Source of the DNA: Centroscyllium fabricii
Lineage: Eukaryota
Length of the DNA: 64,000 nucleotides
Direction of reading: 5' to 3'
Assembly: GCA_051313645.2 (NCBI GenBank)
Contig: JBNRSN020000031.1
Span: 13,826,001-13,890,000, forward strand
Shown: positions 1-10,753 of the stretch, piece by piece
Numbering within the stretch: the stretch's first letter is position 1
How the letters are laid out: each line of letters opens with the position of its first letter
Made by a program: the position numbers and the translations under genes
Notes under the pieces: generated by a model
The model's input: the letters and a program-made list of their open reading frames with translations, nothing else
The model's database searches: none
What the model was told of the DNA's origin: nothing

Positions 1-237
1 CACAACGGAAGAAATAATTTTTTCATGGGTTGTCTATACATTTCTGGCTTAACCAGACACCAAAGGGTTGATTTTCCAGATGCAAAGGACGCTCACCCAC
101 TATTGGCACACAGCAGGAAATTGTGGGGAACTTTGCAATATGTGCTTCTTGTGGGCGAGGGTCTAAGATGGGAGCGCACATTCAGAAAACGGGTTTGCCA
201 AAGGTTGACTCATTTTTGTATCTCAAGGCATGAAGTA

Positions 238-665
238 CAGGTCCGGCACCGTTAATCCGGAAACTTCAGACGGCCGGAATGAATCCGGCCGACTCGTCTG
301 CGCATGCGCAAAATGGCCGTCGCGCTAGGCTGTGCATTCGCAAAACGGCCGCCACACTTGGCTGCGTATGCCCGGGCCTCTCCCCAACTGCCCGACTGGT
401 CTGTGCATGTGCAAAATGGCCGTCGCGCTTGGCTGCGCATACGCAAAATGGCCGCCGCGCTTGGCTGCGTATGCCCGGGCCTCTCCCTGAACGATTGATG
501 CTTCGGTGAGCACATGCGCAGACCATTCAAAATGGCCACCGGTGTGCACGGTGGCCATTTTGAATGGTCTGCCCAAGCGCTCGCCGAAGCTTCAATCGTT
601 CGGATTTTTCACTAGTCTGGCACTGGCCTGGTCCCGCCGGTGCCGGATTAATGGTGTCGGACCTG
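238..665. mobile_element. MITE with 23-bp TIRs and TA target duplication (Tc1/mariner/pogo-type, non-autonomous)
   Basis: Left TIR CAGGTCCGGCACCGTTAATCCGG at 238; the right end reads CAGGTCCGACACCATTAATCCGG in reverse complement. TA flanks both sides (236-237, 666-667). Internal GC-rich repeats with GCGCATGCGC and AAAATGGCCG. Confidence 0.85.
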
Positions 666-1457
666 TAGTTGGTTACTAAGGTAATTAATGCTTTCAGTTA
701 ACTTTCATCAGCAGCAAAATAAATAGAACTCAATCCACAATCTAATCTTCTGCCTTACCCTCAATCTACCTCTTGTTCGATTATATGGCACTGTCACAAT
801 GATGCTGGGACTAGTGCACTGCGTGGAATGGTGTGCAGGTAATATGGTGACTTGGCATTGCCTGAGTTTGCGAGGTCAGGATATTCGAATCATTTGGACA
901 CAATCCCTGCCCATATTGGCCCAGGAGCAGGAAACTCAACTGGTACATGTGCTGCATATCAGGCATGATATTTAAAAGGATGCAGCCAGAAATATTCCTT
1001 CACAATTGTGCAAGATGTTTCAATTCTATCAAGCTTGAAGCTTGACGGGAGAGTGAAGCACGAAATGGGCACCAGCACACCCCAGCATGCAAGGTGCAGC
1101 GGACTGCAGGATTGCAGCTTACAAGAAATTTGCAGGCCCGCTAATGGGTTGAACAACCGCATTTCCGCCATGTCCTTCTGTGGCAGGAAACCCTGCGCTG
1201 ACCGCATCAAAAGCAAAAGGTAGCCACTTTGTGATTAGCCTCAAAAAAAAATTGCGTCCCAAACCTTGGTGCTGATATTCACCACAACAAAAAGAGGCTA
1301 ATCAGCATCTGACGAATGGCTATGATCTGAACCTCTAAAATTTTTCTTGCCCTCGCAGTCTGGCCAACCTGTTAAGTGTTGCCTGTTCTCAAGTTTACCA
1401 GTTCTTGACTGGTGCAGGGATCACATCATTGAGATGGTAAGTGATCTTGTAGGTAAC

Positions 1458-1712
1458 AAAGATGTGCGGGTTAGGTTGATTGGTCAAGATAAATTGACCC
1501 TTAGTGTTAGGGCGATTGAATATGTGGGGTTACGGGGATAGGGTGGGATATGTGTCGGTGCAGGCTCGATAGGGATCGAGCGATATGGGGACAAGGCAGG
1601 GACAGGGTGCTGGGTTTGGATGATCAGCCATGATCTCATTGAATGGCAGAGCAGGCTCGAAGGGCCGAATGGCCTACTCCTGCTCCTATCTTCTATGTTT
1701 CTATGTTTCTAT
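1458..1712 (+). mobile_element. 5'-truncated HE1-like V-SINE (3' half with CR1-derived tail)
   Basis: Matches the 3' half of the full copy at 8372-8768 and ends in (TATGTTTC)n. Confidence 0.8.
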
Positions 1713-2489
1713 GTAACACTTGGTCCGTGTGATCTCCTAGGCTGGTTTCGATCACCTGAGGTGGTCGGAGAGGAATTTTCCCTTATTGGCCCTGGGTTTT
1801 TTCCCTGTGTCTTTGCCTCTCCCAGGAGACGATATGGCTGCGGGGATGGGTGGGGTTGCGGGGGTTGGGAGGTGGGGGGAGGGAGGAAGTGATTAGTCCT
1901 GATGCTCCATCCATCATGTTGTGAGGCAGGCTTGGCCCAGACACAATGCTGAATCTCTGCCCTTGAAGGACCAAGCTTCCCTCACTCTGCTCCTGATGTG
2001 TAGCAGCAGTTTAGAAGCAAGCATTTTATCTCTTCCCATGACTGGCAAAGGTGCGTGGCATGGACGGGCTACAGGGCCAGAAATCAGCAAAACAAATGAA
2101 TAAACATCTTAAGGTGAAAAGTCCGAAAGGCTGCTTCAAGGCAATGTGTGACAATAGGACGGGGAATCCAGGTTCAATAGGTGAAATGCAAGTTTAAGAA
2201 GTTCTTATTCACACCAATAGTGACAAACACTCTTAGGTGTCAGCCTTGGCTCCGTGGTAGCACTCTCACCTCAGAGTCAGTCGATTGTGCTTCAAACTTA
2301 AAGCTCCAATTTTAGACCCTGTGCCGCAGCCCTCCACCGCTGGGAGTTTCTTTGCCTCATGTCTGAGTTTGTTGTAGATTAATTGATAGAGATTGATTGC
2401 CACGATTAGTCAGCAACTCCATTATCATTGTACCATGCAACTACCAGGATGGGAGAAGGCAAACTAGATGGACCGTGTACTAAAGGATA

Positions 2490-2625
2490 ACAAAATACTG
2501 CAAATGCTGGAAACCCGAAGTAACAACAGAAAATGCTGGAAAAACTCAGCAGTTCAGGCAACATCCGTAAGAGAGAAATAGGAGTCAAGGTTTCGGGTCG
2601 GGACCCTTTATCGAGACTGAAATGA
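2490..2625 (-). repeat. Penelope-like pLTR-derived fragment with degenerate hammerhead core
   Basis: Similar to 15892-16047. The minus strand reads ...GATAAAGGGTCCCGACCCGAAAC, a decayed CTGATGA-stem-GAAA pattern. Confidence 0.45.
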
Positions 2626-2990
2626 AACAGATAAGAAGGACAGAAGAGGGCTGTGAGAGAACAAAGGGACGAGAAGAGACAATGAGAGTTATTCAAAGGC
2701 GTAATAGGACATCTCAAGATTAGGTGTGAAATGCGTTGGCTGAATAGGAGCTCTTAAAGTGGAGGAGCAGGGTTCAGATAGATATGCGATTCTTGGTTTA
2801 TACAAAGGGGCATTGACCATTAAAGTATGGAAGTGATGGTGAACGTGGAGAAAATGTTGGAGTGTTACCTGCAGTTGTAAGGAAGGATACTAGAGTATGG
2901 AAAGGGTACAGCAAAAATTCACTAAATAATATTGAGAATGTGGGACAGACTGGATGGACCAGAGGGCCTTAACCTCTCTACCATTGTTCT

Positions 2991-4041
2991 TGTCACAGTT
3001 TGGCATGCCCCCTTTAAGGCATCCATGTTTTATTTGGGCATATCCCTTTAATGTTCCCATTTTGGTTCTAAGTGTTGTTCTATGTGTGGGTTAAGTGTAT
3101 CAATTGGGTTGTTCACAACCAGGTGTTTTCTGTTTGTATATGCCTGCACCCTGATTGGTCAACATCAATCATCTGATTAGGCTGGTTTGGGTTTATTAGC
3201 CCATGGTTTGACCAGACAGGTTGCGGGATCATTGCAGAAGTTTCTATGATATCACACTTCACTGGATGGAAAAGAAGCAGAAGGGATTGCTCTGCTTCTC
3301 TGAGTGGACTTAAGAGGGACTATGGGACCGAGCCCACATCACTCCGTCTTGACATAGTACCCTGCTATCTGGGACTCAGACATGGACACTCATCTGTTGG
3401 GTAAGGGAGTTCCCCTGCCAGTAGACCTGGTGCGCTACTGCCTGATGCCATGGGGTTAAGTCTCCGTGGTGGAGCAGAAGAAGTAGGACGGACCCATTTC
3501 TATTCCTTGGACATTGGCTTAATTCACCCGAACCGAGGTTTGGACATCTGTTAGGAAGATCAGGAATTCTCTTTCCTGCTTGTTACCATGGGGTTAAGTC
3601 TCTGTGGTGGAACAGAAGATCTGGACATTATTGCATTCTACCTTCATAATTGGACTGTTCATTATCTGTTGTTATTAGGCCCTGTTGTATGTTAGCTACT
3701 CTACTACTTGGCTGCGTAGAACTTGTTCCTCTCTGATAGAAGTGGTCATGATACAGATTCCACTAAGGCTTGTACCTCTCTGGGGTTGTGGTCGGTTTAA
3801 AGGGTTCCACGCCCAGTAGAAAGCCGGTCCGGTTCGGAGGAGGACTTGTTAATATTCTGCCTCTAGGGTTTTAATAATAACGCTAAAGTATGTGCCTGTC
3901 TTTAGCCAAAGACTTGTGTCTAGAATTGTATGTCTTATTCAAACATGTTTTGTTAGATTAAAGGGGTTTTGTATCAAGACTGACGTCTCAGTGTCACTGC
4001 ATTTGGGTCCCGCCTTCATTCCATTTACATAATCCGTTACA
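2991..4041 (+). mobile_element. Solo LTR (~1.05 kb)
   Basis: Starts TGTCAC and ends GTTACA, with a 5-bp TSD GTTCT at 2986-2990 and 4042-4046. Termini are homologous to the solo LTR at 21417-22641. Confidence 0.85.
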
Positions 4042-4295
4042 GTTCTTATGTTTGTATGAAAGGTTATAGCTATGAAACAAGGCTCAGAAACATAAAGCTT
4101 TTAGAAAAGAGAAGGTTAAGCGGGTTTAATAAAAGCTTTCAGAATTAGTAAATAGGAACAGAGGGGTAGAAATTTGTCTTGGGCGCTGGCGCAAAACGGG
4201 CAGTATCGGATTGGCTGGCCATTATATGCAGAGTCTGATATTCATATCCAATTCGATATCACCCGTATTGCGCCATCGAGTGTCAGGGTCTGTCA

Positions 4296-7265
4296 GTGCT
4301 TCAGCTAAATGTCGAGGGCCTCACCACCGCCAAACTGGACATTGTACGCCACCTCGCCGACTCCCACGAAGTTGCAGCCGTCCTCCTTCAGGAGACACAC
4401 TGTGGAAAAGGAGACATCCTCAGATTGCCCGGGTTCCACCTCGCCGGGTCCATCCTCAGTAGGCAGCATGGGATGGCAACCTTTGTTAGGTCTGACCTCA
4501 GTTGGTCAGCCACTGGTCAATCTCCACCGGGCTCTGGTGTTGAGTGGCTGTCCACAAGAATACAGACAACAACGGTTGTGAACGTGTACAAGCCCCCACC
4601 ATCGGTACTGACCACATCAGCCCTCCCGATTGCCCCGGCACCCGCCATCTACGCCGGGGATTTCAACTGCCAGCACACCGACTGGGGATACACCCACACA
4701 ACACCGGACGGTGAGACGCTGAGTGATTGGGCCTCCAACGCCAATGCCCAGCTCCTGTTTGACCCCAAAGAGCCACCAAGCTTCTACTCCTCCAGATGGA
4801 ACACCTTCACCAACCCAGACCTTGCTTTTGCTGTGTTCCACAGTAATGACCCGCTGCCAGAGAGAAGGGTCATTGACAGGTTCCCCCGATCACACCACCG
4901 ACCGTCCGTCATCGGAATCCCATCACTGGTGCAGCCGGTCGCGGGGAAATCTGTCAGAAGATGGAACTTCCGGAAGGCCAACTGGCATGTATTTTCTGCC
5001 GAGACAGAGAGAGCATCTGCCAGTATTCCGGACCCAGACAGCCCTGATGTAGATGCCGCATATGCAGCCTACTGTGAAGTGCTGATAGGGGCAGCGAAAA
5101 AATCAATCCCACGAGGCTACAACGCGAACTACATCCCAGGTTGGGATGAAGAGTGTAACCACCTGTTGTGGGCCCACCAACAGGCTATTTCAAGAGTGGA
5201 AGTGGATGCAACGGCAACGACACTAGTTGAGAGGCTGGATGCCACCCGCAGGGCCAGATGGACGGAGGTCGTCGAGTCGATTGACTTCACCCACTCCAGC
5301 CGCAAGGCGTGGCAGACCATCAACCGGCTCTCAGGCAGAAACACGAAGCCTCCCAAGTGCCCGGTGACAGCAAATGCCATCGCAGCCCAGCTCCTGAAAA
5401 ATGGCCACTTCCCAGAGGCAGATGAGGACTTCGCCCGCTTGATAGCACGCGAGGTATCCGCTCTCTCCAGAGCAGCCAGTGCCAATGCCAACCTGTCAGG
5501 AGACTTTACATCAGCTGAGCTTAGGGATGCCTTATCCAAACTCAAGCAAGGCAAGGCACCAGGCCACGACAACATCCACCCAGAGTTTGTGATCCACCAG
5601 AGCGAAACAATATCTGCCTGGCTGTGCGCGTTCTTCTCTGCGTGCCTCCGGAGGTCCAAGCTCCCAAGGACCTGGCGACGGGCTGCTATCATAGCCCTGT
5701 TGAAACCCAACAAACCTGCGGATGACCCTAAGGCCTATAGACCAATCTCGCTGCTCTGTGTCCCTTTTAAGATTCTGGAAAGGATGATTCACAGCCGCAT
5801 TGAGCCAGTAGTCGACCCACAGCTACCGAGGGAACAGGCTGGTTTCCGTCGGGGCAGGTCAACAGTGGACCAGGTAACCCTACTCACACAAGATCTCGAG
5901 GACAGTTTCCAGGCCAAAGAAAAAGCTGGGGTTGTTCTACTGGACCTGACCGCCGCTTATGACACTGTCTGGCACCGCGGACTCCACTTGAAGCTGCTGA
6001 GAACCATCCCAGACCGGCATATGGTCAACTTCATCATGGAGATGCTGTCAAACCGTAGCTTCATCCTTCAGACCAGCAATGGCCAGCGTAGCAGGCTCAG
6101 AAGGCTGAGAAACGGGGTCCCGCAAGGGTCTGTCCTCTCAGCGATGCTATTCAATATATACATCTTTGACATACCGGTGACAACATCCAGAAGGTACGGG
6201 TACGCGGACGACCTAGCCATTATGCTGCAACAACCAACGTGGAAGGCGGTGGAAGAGGGCCTTAACCAGGATATGGGCATCCTGACTGCCTACCTTCGCA
6301 GGTGGCGCCTGCAGCTCAGTACCGGGAAGACAGTGTCGGCAGCATTCCATCTCTGCAACAGGGAAGCAAAAAGGGAGTTGAAGGTCTCTGTGGACAACAA
6401 ACACCTGGAGTTCCAGCAGGCGCCAAAGTACCTTGGCGTACGCCTGGACAGGACGCTGTCCTACAAACAACACCTCGAGGAAGTAAGGGCCAAAGTAACA
6501 TCAAGGGTCTCACTTATCCGTCGCCTTGCTGGTACGACCTGGGGTGCCTCCGCCAAGGTACTACGTATCTCCACTCAAGCCCTTGTCTTCTCTGCAGCAG
6601 AGTACTGTGCCCCAACCTGGAGCAGAAGCCCGCATGCCAAGAAGGTAGATGTGGCCATTAACAATGCTCTCCGGATCATAACTGGCTGCCTGAAACCCAC
6701 TCCCGTGTTCTACCTGCCAGTCCTAGCAGGAATTGCACCAGCCGGCCTACGGCGAGAGGCTGCTACCCTCGCCCTGGCAAGGAAAGCACAGGAACACGAC
6801 TGGCACCTCCTCCATGATACCACAATCAAGGCAGCACCTCCATGCAGGCTCAAGTCCCGCCACCCATACAGCAAGGCGGCACGGGAGATGCTTGTTTCTA
6901 CTCCGGAGGACTGGACAATGAAAGCCTGGCTGGCGGTAGCCTGGAAGCAAGAGTGGGAGTCGGCAGGACATACACGCCTGCACCAATACATCCGGGATCC
7001 TGGAGATGGCGTTGAGGGAGAGGACCTACCCCGCCGGCAATGGACCCTCCTGAACCGCCTACGCACCGGGGTCGGCTGCTTCAAGGCCTCCATGAAGAGG
7101 TGGGGCCTGACAGACAGCGCGGCGTGTGAGTGCGGGGAGCCGGAGCAGACTGCCGACCACATTACCACCGCCTGTCCCCTGCATAGACCACCTTCGGAGG
7201 AGGGCCTCTTCCGAGTGGGACCTGAGACGAGGGTGTGGCTGCACGACACGGAGCTGGACATATGA
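4296..7265 (+). CDS. Non-LTR retrotransposon ORF (APE endonuclease + RT + C-terminal Cys/His knuckle), Ingi/Vingi-like
   Basis: Uninterrupted 989-aa frame. APE motifs QLNVEG, LQETH, AGDFN, PDL, SHH. RT motifs YRPISLL, QAGFR, LDLTAAYD, GVPQGSVLS, YADD. C-terminal CECG...H...C...H, with no evident RNase H. The frame opens on GTG with no ATG, so it is probably 5'-truncated; the short 3' UTR ends in (GAA)n near 7290. Confidence 0.9.
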   Translation: MLQLNVEGLTTAKLDIVRHLADSHEVAAVLLQETHCGKGDILRLPGFHLAGSILSRQHGMATFVRSDLSWSATGQSPPGSGVEWLSTRIQTTTVVNVYKPPPSVLTTSALPIAPAPAIYAGDFNCQHTDWGYTHTTPDGETLSDWASNANAQLLFDPKEPPSFYSSRWNTFTNPDLAFAVFHSNDPLPERRVIDRFPRSHHRPSVIGIPSLVQPVAGKSVRRWNFRKANWHVFSAETERASASIPDPDSPDVDAAYAAYCEVLIGAAKKSIPRGYNANYIPGWDEECNHLLWAHQQAISRVEVDATATTLVERLDATRRARWTEVVESIDFTHSSRKAWQTINRLSGRNTKPPKCPVTANAIAAQLLKNGHFPEADEDFARLIAREVSALSRAASANANLSGDFTSAELRDALSKLKQGKAPGHDNIHPEFVIHQSETISAWLCAFFSACLRRSKLPRTWRRAAIIALLKPNKPADDPKAYRPISLLCVPFKILERMIHSRIEPVVDPQLPREQAGFRRGRSTVDQVTLLTQDLEDSFQAKEKAGVVLLDLTAAYDTVWHRGLHLKLLRTIPDRHMVNFIMEMLSNRSFILQTSNGQRSRLRRLRNGVPQGSVLSAMLFNIYIFDIPVTTSRRYGYADDLAIMLQQPTWKAVEEGLNQDMGILTAYLRRWRLQLSTGKTVSAAFHLCNREAKRELKVSVDNKHLEFQQAPKYLGVRLDRTLSYKQHLEEVRAKVTSRVSLIRRLAGTTWGASAKVLRISTQALVFSAAEYCAPTWSRSPHAKKVDVAINNALRIITGCLKPTPVFYLPVLAGIAPAGLRREAATLALARKAQEHDWHLLHDTTIKAAPPCRLKSRHPYSKAAREMLVSTPEDWTMKAWLAVAWKQEWESAGHTRLHQYIRDPGDGVEGEDLPRRQWTLLNRLRTGVGCFKASMKRWGLTDSAACECGEPEQTADHITTACPLHRPPSEEGLFRVGPETRVWLHDTELDI

Positions 7266-7629
7266 AAAATGACGATACACGAAAGAAGAAGTGAGAAACA
7301 ATGTCTACCCTAGAATGTTTCGATTGGCTGGAGCATTGACAGCAAAGGCGATGACTCAGGATTTACATATTTTTCCTAAAGTTTGATGAGACAACTCTCA
7401 AAATGTTATGTAAAGTTCTCTGCAGTGATCCATCTGGGAGACTACTCTGTGTTTGGAGCAATTTTTCATATTAGATAATTGGATAATCACAGAATTCTGT
7501 CATTTTGCTTGGGTGGGTGGGTGTGAGTTGAATAATGTAAAAGTTCATGCAAGCTGTTTACTTCAAGTACATCAAGAGACAATGGGGTAAATTATCATCT
7601 TCACTACCTGGACAATAACCTGGCAGAGC

Positions 7630-7888
7630 AGTCCAAAGATGTGCGGGTTAGGTTGATTGGCCAGGATAAATTGACCCTTAGTGTTAGGGGGATTGGATAT
7701 GTGGGGTTACGTGGATAGGGTGGGATGTGTGTCGGTGCAGGCTCGATAGGGATCGAGGGATATGGGGACAAGGCAGGGACAGGGAGCTGGGTTTGGATGA
7801 TCAACCATGATCTCATTGAATGGTGGAGCAGGCTCGAAGGGCCGAATGGCCTACTCCTGCTCCTATCTTCTATGTTTCTATGTTTCTA
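7630..7888 (+). mobile_element. 5'-truncated HE1-like V-SINE
   Basis: Near-identical to the 3' half of 8372-8768. Confidence 0.8.
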
Positions 7889-7926
7889 TAGACCACCCGT
7901 TGTAGAACCCGCCCAATTTTCATTCC

Positions 7927-8190
7927 ACACTCTTGCCTCTGAGTCAGAAGGTTGTGGGTTCAAGCCCCACTCCAGGGACTTGAGCACCAATTCCAGGCTG
8001 GAACTTCAGTGTAGTACTGAGGGAGTGCTGCACTGTTGGAGGTGCCACATTTTGGCTGAGAGGATAAACCCATCTGTCCTCTCAGGTGAACGCAAAAGAT
8101 CCCACTGCACTGTTTGAAGAAGAGCAGGGGACTTCTCCACGGTGTCCTGCTCTATATTCATCCCTCAACCAACATCACTAAAACAGATTG
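7927..8190 (+). mobile_element. DeuSINE/SacSINE-like SINE, 5' part (continues at 9616-9786)
   Basis: tRNA-like head with B-box GGTTCAAGCC. The body is homologous to the minus-strand copy at 20818-21192; the 3' part resumes at 9616 and ends AAAGGCGCTATATAAG. Confidence 0.7.
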
Positions 8191-9614
8191 GGGGCGATTT
8201 TCGGCAGCGCGTTCAGGCGCTAACAATCCTCCGAGGTGCCAAGATGGGTTTCTTTGGCTGAAACGCCAGTTTAGCCCGCGTTTAGCGCAGGACGCCATCT
8301 TAGTTAAGGAGTTGAAGTCTGCACTAAGAACGGCCACCCAGAGACTCATTAAGGGGCTGATGGCCACTTTTGGGCGGCACGGTGGCACAGTGGTTAGCAT
8401 TGTTGCCTCACAGCACTGGAGACCCGGGTTCAAATCCAGCCTCGGGTACTATCTGTGTGGAGTTTGCACATTCTCCCCGTGTCTGCGTGGGTTTCCTCCG
8501 GGTGCTCCGGTTTCCTCCCACAGTCCAAAGATGTGCGGGTTAGGTTGATTGGCCATGATAAATTGACCCTTAGTGTTAGCGGGATTGAATATGTGGGGAT
8601 AGGGTGGGATATGTGTCGATGGAGGCTCGATAGGGATCGAGGGATATGGGGAGAGGTCAGGGGTGGGATACTGGGTTTGGATGATCAGCCATGATCTCAT
8701 TGAATGGCGGAGCAGGCTCGAAGGGCCAAATGGCCTACTCCTGCTCCTAGTTTCTATGTTTCTATGTTAAAATACTTGCTAGCGCTCATTAAAGAGGCTG
8801 CACCGCATTTTGGTGGCTAATGCTTGCCCTAATGTCCTCTCCGAACATCAGCCAGCTGCTTGGGAGTAAACACGGCGTTGATGTCGATTTTAAGCGCTAC
8901 TGAAAGGATACTCAATATTTCATGTTCACTTGCTGCTTGAGCTGTGAATAGGGCCTCTCAAACACATCAGAAGATTTCTGGGACACTTTGTCAAGACTTC
9001 ACCAACACTCAAGCAACATTTAAATTCTCTGAGGACTTCACCTAAAAAGAGTGCGTGCTGTGCTACTCCACCTTATTGGGCACCTTATAGGAGTCACCAG
9101 GAGAAAGGGAGTGCTTGGTCATGGTCATCTGCTAGGGGTGCCCCTTGGTCTGGACGAAGGAGGAGGAAATGAGGCCAGGCAGAGCAGTACCAGCTGCTGC
9201 AGGAGAGAGGGACAGAAGGGCGAGGAGGGTGAGGTGTTGTCCTTCCCCCCTGCGGGTACAGGACCTTCATCCTCCACCAGGATCTCCATTGCCGTGTCCG
9301 AGAACATGTGCGCCTTCTCCCTCGGTCGCTGAGCCATCCTGCAATGTGCCACTGTGTGCCAGCCAGAGCACTCCACACCTTCGGTGGGAGAGAGTGTGAG
9401 GAGCCCACATATACCGCTCCACGGAAAATTGTGTCTCATCAGCGCTTGAGTGTTAAACCTGCAGGTTTCTAGTCCAGCACCTCCAGGCAAGGTCAACTTA
9501 TGGTAAGCAGCAATTAGGACCAAAATTGTGCGCAAAATGCAGACTTTCAAACAGATGTATTAGCACAGCACCCATTTAGTGCCTGTTTTCACCCCTTAGC
9601 CAAAATAACGCCCT
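8191..9614. mobile_element. Internally deleted Harbinger/PIF-like transposon interrupting the SINE
   Basis: Imperfect TIRs (GGGGCGATTTTCGGC / GCCAAAATAACGCCC). A minus-strand peptide near 9280-9340, MAQRPREKAHMFSDTAMEILVE, resembles the N-terminus of Harbinger Myb/SANT proteins. The SINE sequence resumes after the element. Confidence 0.55.
8372..8768 (+). mobile_element. Full-length HE1-like V-SINE
   Basis: A-box TGGCACAGTGG, B-box GGTTCAAATCC, V-domain (CTGCGTGGGTTTCCTCCGGGTGCTCCGGTTTCCTCCCACAGTCCAAAGA) and a CR1-type tail shared with the LINE 3' end at 17558. Confidence 0.9.
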
Positions 9615-9615
9615 C

Positions 9616-9786
9616 ATCTGGTTGTTATCATATTGCTGTTTGTGGGAGCTTGCTGTGCACAAATTGGCTGCCACATTTCCTACATTCCAACAATGTCTAT
9701 GCTTCAACAATGTACTTCATTGACTGTAAAGCACTTTGGGACATCCTGACATCGTGAAAGGCGCTATATAAGTGCACATTTCTTTT
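9616..9786 (+). mobile_element. DeuSINE-like SINE, 3' part
   Basis: Core TTGCTGTTTGTGGGAGCTTGCTGTG and an L2-like tail; continues 7927-8190. Confidence 0.7.
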
Positions 9787-10031
9787 ACAGCGGGCGACAT
9801 TTAGCGATAGCCTCCCGTAAAACTGAGTTTCATAAGGCACACTGGCCTGCAGTCTTACAAGAGACTAAGGCAAAGGGAACTCCCAGCATTGGGAATCCCA
9901 TTCCCTGGCTCCGCTCCCTCTGATAGAGACTCCGCCCCTTACTAGATCAAGTGGGAAATCCCAAAGACCAAGTGGCCCCTCCCCAGGGGTGGGGTGGGGG
10001 TGGAAAGAGGCAGAAAGACCAGGGAAGCAGT

Positions 10032-10753
10032 GAACTCCGTCGTGCATTGTAGGTGACAAGGGCCCCGATGTAGTGTGCGCCGGTGAATGAAAAGAAGGCC
10101 CCTGTTGTGGACATGCGACCTGGGAGGGCAAGGGCTCCGCCAACAACTCCACGTGAATGTCTCCAGCGGGCGCGAGGTCCCTAATCGAGATGGTATCCTC
10201 ACGCCCGTCTGGGTACTCCATGTAAGCGTACTGAGGGTTGGCATGCAGCAGGTGCACACGTTCAACAAGAGGGTCTGTCTTGTGCCCACGGGCATGTCTC
10301 CGATGCAGAACCGGCCCCGGGTTGGTAAGCCACGTAGGCAGAGACGTCCCCGAAGTCGATTTCCTGTGGAAAGAGAAGAGTCTCTCGTGAGGAGTGCAAC
10401 CGGTAGTTGTACACAAAAGGGAACGAGTAGCGTGGAGCGCATCCTGGAGGACCTCCTGCCAGTGGGAGGTTGGAAGGCCTTTGGATCGAAGGGCCAGAGC
10501 AATGGCCTTCCAGATGGTCCCATTATAACGTTCTACCTGACCATTCCCCCGGGGGTTGTAACTGGTCGTTCTGCTCGAGGCAACCCCCCTCGCGAGCAGA
10601 AAAAGACGCAGTTCGTCGCTCATAAAATTGATGCGCAAATCAATTACGCCAGTCTTTGGTGAAGTGTAAATGAAGGCTCATTGTAAAAATCTTAGCTAAT
10701 AAAATTATATACAATAATAACACAGTGTGAACCACACTAAATGGTTCACCACA
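10032..10753 (-). mobile_element. Deleted Gypsy derivative: shortened LTR fused directly to the integrase C-terminal half
   Basis: 10628-10753 matches both ends of the LTR at 27834-28086. 10032-10627 encodes FMSDELR...YNPRGNGQVER...GPV...ANPQYAY, close to 32045-32640. A 41-bp direct repeat flanks the insert. Confidence 0.85.

Noticed and set aside
252-576. Overlapping short ORFs on both strands (also 23332-24182)
   Set aside because: They arise from GC-rich palindromic MITE interiors.
8372-8445. tRNA gene
   Set aside because: The A and B boxes belong to a SINE head that continues into the V-domain and CR1 tail.
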